A stretch of 64,000 bases of DNA from Spirochaetia bacterium (GCA_965203055.1 OZ241863.1:4192001-4256000), one strand, 5' to 3'. Counted from the stretch's first letter, positions 18,742 through 28,635 are shown. A program made the numbers and translations. Notes: a model not told the origin generated them from the letters alone.

Positions 18742-19581
18742 ATGCCGCCCCAAGGAACCGGCGAACGCGCCGGCCGAGTCTTGTTCCTGGCGTTCTGCGC
18801 CGCGGTGCTGCTGTTCCTGATCGCGCCGGTCCTGGTAGTGGTGCCGCTCAGCTTCAACGCCCAACCCTACTTCACCTTCACCGAGGGGATGCTGCGGCTG
18901 GCTCCCGAGGCCTACTCGCTGCGCTGGTATCAGGCGGTGGCCGGCGACGCCGAGTGGCGGCTGGCGCTGGTGAACAGCATTACCATCGGCGTCTCCGCGA
19001 CGCTGCTCACCACCCTGCTCGGGACTCTGGCCGCGCTCGGGCTGGCGCACCCCGCCATGCCGGGCCGGACCTTGGTTACCGGGCTGCTGATCTCGCCGCT
19101 GGTTACGCCGCTGATCATCTCGGCGGTGGGGATGTTCTTCTTCTACTCCGACGTGGGGCTGGCGCAGAGCCACCTCGGGCTGATCCTGGCCCACACCGCG
19201 CTTGGCTCGCCGTTCGTGGTGATCACCGTCACCGCCACCCTGGCGGGCTTCGACCGCAACCTGCTGCGCGCCGCGGCCAGTCTCGGCGCCGGACCGCTCA
19301 CCGCGTTCCGCCGCATCCAACTGCCGCTCATTGCGCCGGGGGTGGTGTCGGGGGCGCTGTTCGCGTTCGCCACCTCGTTCGACGAGGTGGTCACGGTGCT
19401 GTTCATCGGCGGCCTGGAGCAGCGCACCATCCCGCGCCAGATGTGGTCCGGCATCCGCGAAGAGATCAGCCCGGCGATTCTGGCCGTGGCCACGTTCCTG
19501 TTCGGGTTCGCGCTGCTGTTCATGGTCACCGTGGAGTGGCTGCGGCAACGCGGCGCCGCGCGGCCGGCCGGAGCGGGCTAG
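18742..19581 (+). CDS. ABC transporter permease, PotC-like
   Basis: SLRWY, AAASLGA, SFDEVV. Confidence 0.9.
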   Translation: MPPQGTGERAGRVLFLAFCAAVLLFLIAPVLVVVPLSFNAQPYFTFTEGMLRLAPEAYSLRWYQAVAGDAEWRLALVNSITIGVSATLLTTLLGTLAALGLAHPAMPGRTLVTGLLISPLVTPLIISAVGMFFFYSDVGLAQSHLGLILAHTALGSPFVVITVTATLAGFDRNLLRAAASLGAGPLTAFRRIQLPLIAPGVVSGALFAFATSFDEVVTVLFIGGLEQRTIPRQMWSGIREEISPAILAVATFLFGFALLFMVTVEWLRQRGAARPAGAG

Positions 19582-19649
19582 GCCGGGCGGGCCGCCGGCG
19601 CCGCGGGCGCCGGTGGGCAGCGCGCCGCCGGGACCGGTATAGTGCGGCC

Positions 19650-20747
19650 ATGGAGCGGTTGCGGGTCGGGGTGATCGGTTGCGGCAAGATCAGCGGCGCC
19701 TACTTCAAGGGCTGCCGGGAGTTTCCGATTCTGGAGGTGGTCGCGTGCGCCGACCTGCTGCCGGACCGCGCCCGGGCGCAGGCCGCGCAGTTCGGCATCG
19801 CGCGCGCGTTGACGCCCGACGAGCTGCTGGCCGACCCGGCCGTGGAGTTGGTGATCAACCTCACCATTCCGGCCGCCCACCACGCGGTGTCGCGCGCGGC
19901 GATCGCCGCCGGCAAGCACGTGTGGAGCGAGAAGCCGCTGGCGGTGGAGCGCGCCGCGGGCGCCGACCTGGTGCGCGCCGCGGCCGCCGCGGGGGTGCTG
20001 CTGGGCTGCGCCCCGGACACCTTCCTGGGGGGCGGCCATCAGACCTGCCGCAAGCTGCTCGACGACGGCTGGATCGGTACCCCGCGGCACGCGGTTGCCT
20101 GCATGGCCGGTCCGGGGCACGAGAGCTGGCACCCCGACCCGGCGTTCTACTATCAGCCCGGCGGCGGACCGATGTTCGACATGGGCCCCTACTACCTGAC
20201 TTGTCTGGTGCAGCTCCTGGGGCCGGTGCGCAGCGTCACCGGGCTCACCTGCGTCACCCGCCCCGAGCGCCTCATCACCAGCGAACCGCGCCGCGGCGAG
20301 CGCATCACGGTCGAGGTGCCGACCCACGTGCAGGGCCTGCTGCAATTTGCCGGCGGCGCCCAGGCCGCGATCATTACCAGCTTCGACGTGCAGGCGCACC
20401 GCCTGCCGCGCCTGGAGATCTACGGCAGCGAGGGAACGCTGGCGGTGCCCGATCCGAACGGGCCGGGGGGACCGGTAGCCCTGGGCCGCAGCCGGGAGCA
20501 GTGGGAACAGGTGCCGCTGAGCCACGGCTACACCGCGGCCAGCCGCGGGATCGGCGTGGCGGACATGGCCTTTGCGCTGCGCCGCGGGCGCCCGCCGCGC
20601 GCCGGCGGCGCGCTGGCGCTGCACGTGCTGGACATCATGCATGCGATTCACGAAGCCGCCGCCGGCGGCCGCCGGGTGGAGCTGGGCACTACCTGCGAAC
20701 GCCCCGCGGCGTTGCCCCTGGGCCTGCCGCACGGCGAACTGGACTGA
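19650..20747 (+). CDS. Gfo/Idh/MocA family oxidoreductase
   Basis: GVIGCG, KHVWSEKP, APDTFLG, GGGPMFDMGPYY. Confidence 0.92.
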   Translation: MERLRVGVIGCGKISGAYFKGCREFPILEVVACADLLPDRARAQAAQFGIARALTPDELLADPAVELVINLTIPAAHHAVSRAAIAAGKHVWSEKPLAVERAAGADLVRAAAAAGVLLGCAPDTFLGGGHQTCRKLLDDGWIGTPRHAVACMAGPGHESWHPDPAFYYQPGGGPMFDMGPYYLTCLVQLLGPVRSVTGLTCVTRPERLITSEPRRGERITVEVPTHVQGLLQFAGGAQAAIITSFDVQAHRLPRLEIYGSEGTLAVPDPNGPGGPVALGRSREQWEQVPLSHGYTAASRGIGVADMAFALRRGRPPRAGGALALHVLDIMHAIHEAAAGGRRVELGTTCERPAALPLGLPHGELD

Positions 20748-20805
20748 CCTGACTGACAGATCATGCTGGTTGACCCGAAGCGTTCGGAGCGCGCAGCATA
20801 GGGCG

Positions 20806-21474
20806 ATGGCGGCGAACACGATCGATACGGTCGAAGACCTCATCCGCGTGCTGGACGCCAACCCGGTGTGGCTGGAAGCGTTGCGCGCCCGGCTGCTGAC
20901 GCGCGAGCTGCTCGAGTTGCCGCAGAAACTCGCCGCCTTCGCCGCGGCTACCGAGCGCCGGTTCGAAGCGGTTGACCGCCGGTTCGAAGCGGTTGACCGC
21001 CGGTTCGAAGCGGTTGACCGGCGATTCGAACAGCTCCTGATAGACATCGCCCCGATCAAGGCCGCGCACGCTCGCCAGGCGGCGCTGCGGGAGGCCGACC
21101 TGATCGCGGAGGAGAACGGCCTGACGTTCATCCGCCTGGTCGATGGTATGCAGCTCGCGGAACTGGCCCGGTCCGACGCCGCAGCCGGCATTGCGACGAA
21201 CGAGTTGCGCAGCTTCCGGCGCGCGGACCTGATAGCGGAATGCCGCGCCGGTACCGGGGAAACGTGCTACCTGGCGGCTGAAATCTCGTTCACCGCAAAC
21301 GGGCGCGACACCACCCGGGCGATTCGCAATGCGGCGCTGCTGACGCGGGTCACGGGCCGGCCCGCCCGGGCGGTGGTGGCCGGTCTGAGATACGACGAAC
21401 GTATTCGCGGGCGGCTGCAGGCCGGCGAGGTGGCCTGGTACCAACTGGACCCGCACGCGCTGGAAGTGGAGTAG
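20806..21474 (+). CDS. Hypothetical protein: heptad repeats plus putative PD-(D/E)XK-like C-terminal domain
   Basis: RRFEAVD x3, then RADLIAE...YLAAEIS...RAIRNA. Confidence 0.65.
   Translation: MAANTIDTVEDLIRVLDANPVWLEALRARLLTRELLELPQKLAAFAAATERRFEAVDRRFEAVDRRFEAVDRRFEQLLIDIAPIKAAHARQAALREADLIAEENGLTFIRLVDGMQLAELARSDAAAGIATNELRSFRRADLIAECRAGTGETCYLAAEISFTANGRDTTRAIRNAALLTRVTGRPARAVVAGLRYDERIRGRLQAGEVAWYQLDPHALEVE
20956..21018 (+). repeat. 3 x 21-bp perfect tandem repeat
   Basis: CGCCGGTTCGAAGCGGTTGAC at 20956, 20977 and 20998. Confidence 0.95.
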
Positions 21475-21499
21475 GCGGCGGAAACGCCGCGAGCCGCGC

Positions 21500-22255
21500 C
21501 TACCCGCGCCAGGCCTGCTCGACTGCCTGCACGCACTCCGTGAGGGCCGGGACGGGGTTGGCCACGTCGCCCTCGTACTCGATGATCGCGGCGCCGGTGA
21601 AGCCCACCTCGCGGAGCGCGGCGACCAGTCCGGGAAGATCGAGGATGCCGGTGCCGATCACCACGTCCACCGGCTCGCGCTCGCGAGTGTAGACGAAGTC
21701 CTTGAGGTGGACGCCCAGCAGCCGGTCGCCGAAGCGGCGCGCCAGCTTGACCGGATCCTCGCGCGCATCGATCGCCCACGCCGTGTCCAGCATCAGCCCG
21801 ATGCGCGGGCCGGTGCGGCGGAACACCTCCTCCAGCATCTGCGCGTTGCCGAGCCAGTGGGCGCCGCCGTGGTTGTGCAGCGCGACGTTGACGTCGTACT
21901 GCTCGGCCAGCCGCTCGGCGGCGGCGAAGGTGTCCCAGGCGGCCGGCGGCGTGACGTCCGCGCTGAGCAGGGAGAAGCCGGCTTTCCGGGCGAAGCGGAA
22001 CGCCCCTTCCGCGGCGCTGCCGTCGCCGGCAATGGCGTTGACGCCGCAGCTCACCAGCTCCACGCCGGCGCCGCGGTAGGCGGCGAGCGCCGCGTCCTGC
22101 GCCGCGTCCGCGGCGAAGTCGACGTGGATGCCGCACGGCTCCAGGGCTCTGAGGCCGATCGCCTTGACCCTGGCGGCTACCTCTTCGTTGCTGCGAAATC
22201 CGCGAAAGCAAAAGCTCTGGACTGCGATCTTCTGTTGCAATGCCACGCCCGCCAT
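21500..22255 (-). CDS. Sugar phosphate isomerase/epimerase (xylose-isomerase-like TIM barrel); true start may be GTG 22246
   Basis: ALHNHGG, MLDTAW, VHLKD, GTGILD, IEYE. Confidence 0.88.
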   Translation of the reverse strand: MAGVALQQKIAVQSFCFRGFRSNEEVAARVKAIGLRALEPCGIHVDFAADAAQDAALAAYRGAGVELVSCGVNAIAGDGSAAEGAFRFARKAGFSLLSADVTPPAAWDTFAAAERLAEQYDVNVALHNHGGAHWLGNAQMLEEVFRRTGPRIGLMLDTAWAIDAREDPVKLARRFGDRLLGVHLKDFVYTREREPVDVVIGTGILDLPGLVAALREVGFTGAAIIEYEGDVANPVPALTECVQAVEQAWRG

Positions 22256-22375
22256 GGTAGCCGCGCGCCCGGCGGTTCCGCAACGCGCCGCGCCGCCCGG
22301 CGCGCTCGGCAGGGTTGTTGTGCGCCCGCGGCGATTGCCGGCACAGTCAGGGCACCTTCAGGCTGGTACCGTTCG

Positions 22376-24595
22376 ATGCCCGACTCCCATCACCACGATC
22401 TGTTTCAGGCCCGCGGCGCCGCCGAGCAGGAGGGCGGCGCGCCGCTGGCGGCCCGCATGCGCCCGCGCACGCTGGACGAGTTCGTCGGGCAGGGCCACAT
22501 CGTCGGCCCGGGCCGCCTGCTGCGCCGCGCCATTCAGGCAGATCAGCTCTCCTCGCTGATCTTCTACGGCCCGCCGGGAACCGGCAAGACCACGCTGGCG
22601 CAGGTGATCGCGGGCGCTACCCGGGCGCGCTTTACGGCGTTGAACGCCGTTCTGGCGGGAGTGAAGCAGCTCCGCGAGGCGATTCAAGCGGCGCGCGAGG
22701 CGCGCGACCTGCACGGCCGGCGCACCATCCTGTTCGTGGACGAGGTGCACCGCTGGAACAAGGCGCAGCAGGACGCGCTGCTGCCGTCGGTGGAGAACGG
22801 CACCATCATCCTCATCGGGGCCACCACCGAGAATCCCTACTTCGAGGTGATCAAGCCGCTGGTGAGCCGCAGCCGCATCTTTCAACTGCAGGCGCTGACG
22901 CGCGGCGATCTGGCGCGCGTGGCGCAGGCCGCGCTGGCCGACGCCGAGCGCGGGCTGGGCCGGTTCCGGGCCGAGGTAGCGGACGATGCCATGGAGCATC
23001 TGCTGAACGTCGCCAACGGCGATGCCCGCAGCCTGTTGAACGCCCTGGAGCTGGCGGTCACCACCACCCCGCCGGGCGCGGACCAAGTGGTGCGGGTGGA
23101 CCGGGCGGTGGCGGAGGAGTCGATCCAGCGCCGCGCCGTGCTGTACGACAAGGAGGGCGACGCCCACTACGACACCATCAGCGCCTTCATCAAGAGCGTG
23201 CGCGGCTCCGACCCGGACGCCGCCCTCTACTGGCTGGCGCGCATGGTGTACGCCGGCGAGGAGCCGCGCTACCTGTTGCGGCGCATGCTGGTGCTGGCGG
23301 CGGAGGACGTGGGGATGGCCGATCCGGCCGCGGTCGGGGTGGTCACCGCCTGCGCCGCCGCGTTCGACTACGTCGGCCTGCCGGAAGGCCGCTTCCACCT
23401 CGCCGAAGCGGCGCTCTATCTCGCCACGGCGCCCAAGAGCAACAGCGCGCTGGGGTTCTTCGACGCCCTGAACGCGGTCGCCGCCGAGCGCGAGGCGGCG
23501 GTGCCGTCGCCGCTGCGCGACGCCAACCGCGACGCCGAGGGCTTCGGCCATGGCGCCGGCTACCGCTACCCCCACGCCTACGGCGACCACTGGGTGGCGC
23601 AGCAGTATCTGCCCCGCGAACTGCAGGGGCGGGTGTTCTATCAGCCGGGCGAGGCGGGTCGCGAGGCCGCCCTGCGCGTGCCGGTGGCGCGCCGCCGGGA
23701 GGCCAACCTGGCGGCCGCCTGGGAGAGCGCGGCCGAGGGAGATGGCGGCGAGATTCTGACCAACGCCGGCCGCGGGCTGCAGCGGGATCTCGACCGTTGG
23801 CTCGAACGTTCCCTCTCCGGCGCCGCCGGACGGCTTGCCGGCGACCGCGACCGGATCATGGCCGCGGCGCAGTTGCAGCGCCACAGCGTGGTCCTCGACC
23901 TGGCGCTCGGCAGCGGCCTGCTCACGTTCGAACTGCTGCGCCGGTGCGCGGAGGGCGGCGTGTGGGCGCTCGCCCCGCCCGCGGCCGCCGGCGTGCAGGC
24001 GCAACTGGAGGCGCTGCCCGAGAGCCTGCGGCCCGCCCTGGCAGGCGCGCCGGCCGAGGTGCCGCCCGAGATCCGCTTCGACGCCGTGGTCGGCCGCAAC
24101 GTGTGGCGCGCGGGCGGCGCGGCGCTGGTGGCCGCGGCGGGCGCGCGGCTGGCGGCCGGCGGGCGGCTGGCGCTGGCCGAAACGCTGCCGGAACGGGCGC
24201 CGCGGCTGCACGAGGCGTTCGACCTCGGCGTGCTGGACGCCGCCGCCCGCGCCGCGGTCATCGCCGCGGAGGAGGAGCACTACCGCTCGCGCACCCCGCT
24301 GACCGAGGCCGCGGTCAGCGCCGCGCTGGCGCCGCAGTTCGCTGCGCCCGCCGCGGAGGTGGTAACGCAGCCCGCGCGGCTGGCCGTCACCCGCACCCTG
24401 GTGGAGCGCTGGTTCCCGGCCGCCGCCGCCTCCTCCGGCGCGTCGTCCGGCGACTCGTACGCCGCGCTGCTGCGGCGCGCCGAGGTGCCGGACGACGCGG
24501 TCGGCGCCCTGCGCCGGCAGTTGGAGCGCCGGCTCGGGTCGGCGCTGGAGTGGCAGGCGTCCACCATGTTCATCACCGCCACCCGCAACGGGTAG
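22376..24595 (+). CDS. rarA: Replication-associated recombination protein A with a C-terminal methyltransferase-like extension
   Basis: PLAARMRP, GPPGTGKTT, VDEVHR, GATTENP, SAFIKSVRGSD, YRYPH; extension VLDLALGSG...FDAVVGRN. Confidence 0.9.
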   Translation: MPDSHHHDLFQARGAAEQEGGAPLAARMRPRTLDEFVGQGHIVGPGRLLRRAIQADQLSSLIFYGPPGTGKTTLAQVIAGATRARFTALNAVLAGVKQLREAIQAAREARDLHGRRTILFVDEVHRWNKAQQDALLPSVENGTIILIGATTENPYFEVIKPLVSRSRIFQLQALTRGDLARVAQAALADAERGLGRFRAEVADDAMEHLLNVANGDARSLLNALELAVTTTPPGADQVVRVDRAVAEESIQRRAVLYDKEGDAHYDTISAFIKSVRGSDPDAALYWLARMVYAGEEPRYLLRRMLVLAAEDVGMADPAAVGVVTACAAAFDYVGLPEGRFHLAEAALYLATAPKSNSALGFFDALNAVAAEREAAVPSPLRDANRDAEGFGHGAGYRYPHAYGDHWVAQQYLPRELQGRVFYQPGEAGREAALRVPVARRREANLAAAWESAAEGDGGEILTNAGRGLQRDLDRWLERSLSGAAGRLAGDRDRIMAAAQLQRHSVVLDLALGSGLLTFELLRRCAEGGVWALAPPAAAGVQAQLEALPESLRPALAGAPAEVPPEIRFDAVVGRNVWRAGGAALVAAAGARLAAGGRLALAETLPERAPRLHEAFDLGVLDAAARAAVIAAEEEHYRSRTPLTEAAVSAALAPQFAAPAAEVVTQPARLAVTRTLVERWFPAAAASSGASSGDSYAALLRRAEVPDDAVGALRRQLERRLGSALEWQASTMFITATRNG

Positions 24596-24627
24596 TCGCC
24601 GCCGGACTGCCGGTTGCGCAACCTCAA

Positions 24628-24906
24628 TCAGGGCCGCGTCAGTGCGGACCAGTTTATGCCGGCGCCGGCGGCCTGCGCCAGATCGGCTTCTCCGAGCTCG
24701 GCGGAGGGCGGCAGGACCAAGTGACTGGTAGTCGCCGTGTCCTGGTGCACCTCGACGTTGAACTCGGAGGGCACGGTGAGGCCGGTTTCCGCCTCGATCG
24801 CGGCCTTGGGTTCCGCTACCAGTTGGTTGCGAAACTCGCTGTCCGCGGTCGCCTTGTCGATCAGGTGCTGGCGCAGAGCACTGACGGTCATCGTCTTTTC
24901 TCCCAT
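24628..24906 (-). CDS. NHLP-leader (proteusin-type) RiPP precursor peptide 2; predicted core (G)INWSALTRP
   Basis: KA..D.EFR..L...PKAAI....G..VP....VEVH.D......LVLP..ELGEADL..AAG leader pattern; GAGGAG RBS. Confidence 0.88.
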   Translation of the reverse strand: MGEKTMTVSALRQHLIDKATADSEFRNQLVAEPKAAIEAETGLTVPSEFNVEVHQDTATTSHLVLPPSAELGEADLAQAAGAGINWSALTRP

Positions 24907-25312
24907 GTTCCTCTCCTCGGTAATCTCAACAACAGGGCCGCCCTACCCTGGCCGGCCGCTTCACTCCCCTGTTCGGCATGGATGAGGCGTCACCAATCAA
25001 GCGAGATATCTCCCATACCTCCACCGCCACCGCCCGGTACGGACCAGTCGATGCCGCCGGCGGCCTGCGCCAGATCGGCTTCCCCGAGCTCGGCGGAGGG
25101 CGGCAGGACCAGGTGACTGGTAGTCGCCGTGTCCTGGTGCACCTCGACGTTGAACTCGGAGGGCACGGTGAGGCCGGTTTCCGCCTCGATCGCGGCCTTG
25201 GGTTCCGCTACCAGCTGGTTGCGAAACTCGCTGTCCGCGGTCGCCTTGTCGATCAGGTGCTGGCGCAGAGCACTGACGGTCATCGTCTTTTCGCCCATGT
25301 TCCTCTCCTCGG
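24645..25312. repeat. Direct repeat of about 275 bp (24645-24920 and 25040-25312)
   Basis: Covers RBS, leader and first core codons. Four substitutions in the leader, all synonymous. Confidence 0.95.
24990..25298 (-). CDS. NHLP-leader RiPP precursor peptide 1; predicted core IDWSVPGGGGGGMGDISLDW
   Basis: Same leader ending in the double-glycine motif AAGG (82 aa) followed by a 20-aa core. Confidence 0.9.
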   Translation of the reverse strand: MGEKTMTVSALRQHLIDKATADSEFRNQLVAEPKAAIEAETGLTVPSEFNVEVHQDTATTSHLVLPPSAELGEADLAQAAGGIDWSVPGGGGGGMGDISLDW

Positions 25313-25367
25313 CAGCTCACGCGACCTCGCTCCCCGCAAGACTGCGTGCTGCTCACTAGGTCATCAC

Positions 25368-25396
25368 ATCGTAGCAGGTCCGCCGGCCAGGTTCAA
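25368..25396 (-). promoter_or_regulatory. Sigma70-like promoter for the NHLP precursors
   Basis: TTGAAC-17 nt-TACGAT with extended -10 TG. Confidence 0.6.
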
Positions 25397-25531
25397 GCCT
25401 TCGCGCCGCGGATACGGGTTATCAGGAATTTCCGTGGCGGTCTTGCCTCCGGGCGCTCCCGGCGCTCCGGGCGCGCCGCGGCTTGATACCCGCGCCGCGG
25501 GTGCGGTAGGGTAGCCGCGGAGGCAGAAACA

Positions 25532-27571
25532 GTGATGATTCCGATGATTATTGGACGAAGGCTGGCCGCGGCCGCCGCCGGCGTGGTACTCGCCGCCGGC
25601 GCCTTCGCCGCCGGTCAGGAGGAGGCGGGCATGGGCGCCGCTCCTGCCGCCGCCGGAGGCGGCGGGGGGATGTCGCCGCTGTCGGAAGGGACCTTCTGGG
25701 CCACCCTTTCGGACTACGAGGCAGCTACCGGCAACGCGATCTCCTCGTTCGACGAAGCGCCCATGCTGGCGGCAATGGTGGCCGACGGGTCGCTGCCGCC
25801 GGTGGAGGACCGGCTGCCGGCCGAACCGTTCGTCATTCAGCCGTTCGAGAACATCGGCAGCTACGGCGGCACCCTCAATCTCATCAAGTTCTACGACTAT
25901 TTCTGGGGCGCCGGATCCTACATGCACCTGGAAACGATGCTCGGGCGCCAGCGCCCCGAGGTGGACAAGCAGGTCATCCCCAACATCGCCCGCGGTTGGG
26001 AGTACAGCCCCGACGGCACCACCTTGACCCTCTTCCTGCGCGAGGGGCACAAGTGGTCGGATGGCTCCCCCTTTACCTCGGCGGACTTCATGTTCTGGTA
26101 CGAGGACCTCACCCTGAACGAGGAGTACACGCCGCTCATCTCCCGCCGCTGGTACGTGAACGACGAGCTGATGAAGATGCGCGCGGTGGACGAGACCACG
26201 GTGCAGTTCGACTTCGCCGGTCCGTGGCGCGGGTTGATCTACAACCTCTCCGGCGGCGCCACCGGCATCACCATGCGCAGCCCCTACGCCCAGAGCGAGT
26301 ACCTCAAGCAGTTCCATCCCAAGTACAACGACAACGCCGCGGACCTGGCCAAGGAGGCGGGCTTCGACACCTGGTTCCAGCACCTGCGGGCGAAGGCGCA
26401 ATACAACGATGACAGCGCCGCGGAAGGCGTGCCGTTGCTGAGCGCCTGGATCCCGGAGACGGTGGAGATCGATTACGTGGTGCAGAAGCGCAATCCCTAC
26501 TACTACAAGATCGATACCGCCGGCAACCAGTTGCCCTACATCGACGAGTTGCGCTCGGCGCTGGCCGGCAACCCGGAGCTGGTCGCGGCCAAGGTGATCA
26601 GCGGCCAGTCCGACTACGGCGCCGGCATCTGGGGCGGCGGCGTCAGCATCGACCGGCTGCCGTTGCTGCTGTCGCGCGCGGAACAGAACAACCTGCGCGT
26701 GTCGGTGGCGCCTACCCTCACGAGTTGGGCCGCCCTCGACGTCGGCCTGTTCTTCAACAACACCTATCCCGATCCGGTGATCCGCGAGCTCTACGCCGAC
26801 GTGCGCTTCAAGCAGGCGCTGTCACTGGCCATCGATCGCGACGAGATCAACGAGCTGGTGTTCGGCGGCCTGGGCAAGCCGAGCCTGGCGACCGTGCAGT
26901 CCAGCTCCCCCTGGTACGACGAGGAGACCGCCACCGAGTTCGCGGTGTACGACCCGGAGCGCGCCGCCGCGCTGCTGGACGAGATCGGCCTGCGCCCGGG
27001 CGTCGACGGCGTGCGCATCCGCCCCGACGGCCAGCCGCTGGAGCTGATCCTGCAGATCGCGCCGTGGGTATCCACCCATGCGCCGGCGGCCGAGTTGATC
27101 TCCGAATACTGGACCGAGGCCGGCGTGAAGACCACGGTGGACGTCAGCGGCAACCAGTGGGAGAAGTACAGCGCCAACGAGACCATGGTGAACATCTGGC
27201 AGCTCGACGAGAGCGACTACGGGCGCACGGTGGGCAGCATTCAGTGGTGGGCCGGCGGCCAGTTCTGGGGCCGTGAATGGCAGAAGTGGCGCCAGACGGC
27301 GGGCGCGGAAGGCGAGGAACCGCCGCCCGCGGTGCGCGAGTACTTCGAGCTGTGGAACCGGATCCCGAACACCAACGACCCCGCCGAGCAGGTGGCCCTC
27401 GGCAAGCGGGCGATCCGGTTGCTCGCCGACAACCTGTGGTACATCGGCGTCATGGCGCCGCCGCCGGACGTGCGCTTCGCGCGCGCGACCCTGCGCAACA
27501 TCGATCTGCAGAATCTGCCTCACCTGCAGTTTGCGCCGGCCGCGTCGTCCCAGTGGTACCTCGAGAACTGA
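25532..27571 (+). CDS. Family 5 ABC transporter substrate-binding protein
   Basis: Signal ending AFAAGQEE; EAPMLA..LPPVEDRLP, KWSDGSPFT, RNPYYYKID..GNQLPYID, ALSLAIDR. Confidence 0.92.
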   Translation: MMIPMIIGRRLAAAAAGVVLAAGAFAAGQEEAGMGAAPAAAGGGGGMSPLSEGTFWATLSDYEAATGNAISSFDEAPMLAAMVADGSLPPVEDRLPAEPFVIQPFENIGSYGGTLNLIKFYDYFWGAGSYMHLETMLGRQRPEVDKQVIPNIARGWEYSPDGTTLTLFLREGHKWSDGSPFTSADFMFWYEDLTLNEEYTPLISRRWYVNDELMKMRAVDETTVQFDFAGPWRGLIYNLSGGATGITMRSPYAQSEYLKQFHPKYNDNAADLAKEAGFDTWFQHLRAKAQYNDDSAAEGVPLLSAWIPETVEIDYVVQKRNPYYYKIDTAGNQLPYIDELRSALAGNPELVAAKVISGQSDYGAGIWGGGVSIDRLPLLLSRAEQNNLRVSVAPTLTSWAALDVGLFFNNTYPDPVIRELYADVRFKQALSLAIDRDEINELVFGGLGKPSLATVQSSSPWYDEETATEFAVYDPERAAALLDEIGLRPGVDGVRIRPDGQPLELILQIAPWVSTHAPAAELISEYWTEAGVKTTVDVSGNQWEKYSANETMVNIWQLDESDYGRTVGSIQWWAGGQFWGREWQKWRQTAGAEGEEPPPAVREYFELWNRIPNTNDPAEQVALGKRAIRLLADNLWYIGVMAPPPDVRFARATLRNIDLQNLPHLQFAPAASSQWYLEN

Positions 27572-27639
27572 CCGGCCTTTGCTGACCCCGCGCCGGCCGC
27601 CCGCTTGCCGCGGCGGCCGGCGCGGGGGCTTGCGACACC

Positions 27640-28635
27640 GTGGCGCACTACATCCTCCGCCGCGTGCTGTACATGCTGGTGGTAATGGCGCTGATTTCGA
27701 TCTGCGCGTTCGTCATCATCCAGCTCCCTCCCGGCGACTACATCACCGACTACGTCGCGCGGCTGCAGTCGCGCAGCGGCGTCGTCGACGAGGCGCTCGT
27801 CGAGGCCCTGAGACGGCAATACGGGCTCGATCAGCCGCTGTACGCGCAGTACCTGAAGTGGATGGGCAAGCTGCTGCGCGGCGACTTCGGCCAGTCGTTT
27901 TCGTTCGAACGCCCGGTGCGCGACCTGCTCGCCGAGCGGCTGCCGATGACGGTGCTGATCTCGCTCCTGTCCCTGGTCTTCGTCTACGCGGCATCGATCC
28001 CGATCGGCATCTACTCCGCTACCCACCAGTATTCCCTGACCGACTACACGTTCACCGTGCTCGGATTCATCGGTCTCGCCACGCCCAACTTCCTGCTGGC
28101 GCTGGTCCTGATGCTGCTGTTCTTCCAGTGGTTCGGCTGGAACGTCGGCGGCCTGTTCTCGATCCAGTTCGTCGATCAGCCGTGGAGTTGGGCCAAGTTT
28201 CTGGACCTGCTCGCCCACCTGCCGGTGCCGATCATCGTCATCGGCACGGCCGGCACCGCCGGGCTGATCCGCGTGCTGCGCAGCTCGCTGCTGGACGAGC
28301 TGGCCCGGCAGTACGTGATCACCGCGCGCGCCAAGGGCGTGGCGGAGCGGCGGCTGCTGTTCAGGTATCCGGTGCGGGTGGCGGTCAACCCGATCATCAG
28401 CACCGTCGGCTGGGTGCTGCCGGCCATCGTCTCGGGCGAGACCATCGTGGCAATCGTGCTCGGATTGCCGACCATCGGCCCGCTGGTGTTCCGCTCGCTG
28501 GAGCAGCAGGACATGTTCCTGGCCGGCAGCACCATCATGGCGTTGAGCCTGCTCACCGTGGTGGGAACCCTCATCTCCGACCTCCTGTTGGTGATGGCGG
28601 ACCCGCGCATTCGCTTCGAGGCCGTGGAGCGGTGA
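27640..28635 (+). CDS. ABC transporter permease (OppB/DppB-like)
   Basis: QLPPGD, YGLDQP, TARAKG, DPRIR. Confidence 0.92.
   Translation: MAHYILRRVLYMLVVMALISICAFVIIQLPPGDYITDYVARLQSRSGVVDEALVEALRRQYGLDQPLYAQYLKWMGKLLRGDFGQSFSFERPVRDLLAERLPMTVLISLLSLVFVYAASIPIGIYSATHQYSLTDYTFTVLGFIGLATPNFLLALVLMLLFFQWFGWNVGGLFSIQFVDQPWSWAKFLDLLAHLPVPIIVIGTAGTAGLIRVLRSSLLDELARQYVITARAKGVAERRLLFRYPVRVAVNPIISTVGWVLPAIVSGETIVAIVLGLPTIGPLVFRSLEQQDMFLAGSTIMALSLLTVVGTLISDLLLVMADPRIRFEAVER

Noticed and set aside
24645..25312. Template/variable repeat pair of a diversity-generating retroelement
   Set aside because: Several differences fall on adenines of one copy, but others do not. Leader changes are synonymous, both copies are intact genes, and no reverse transcriptase is present in the window.
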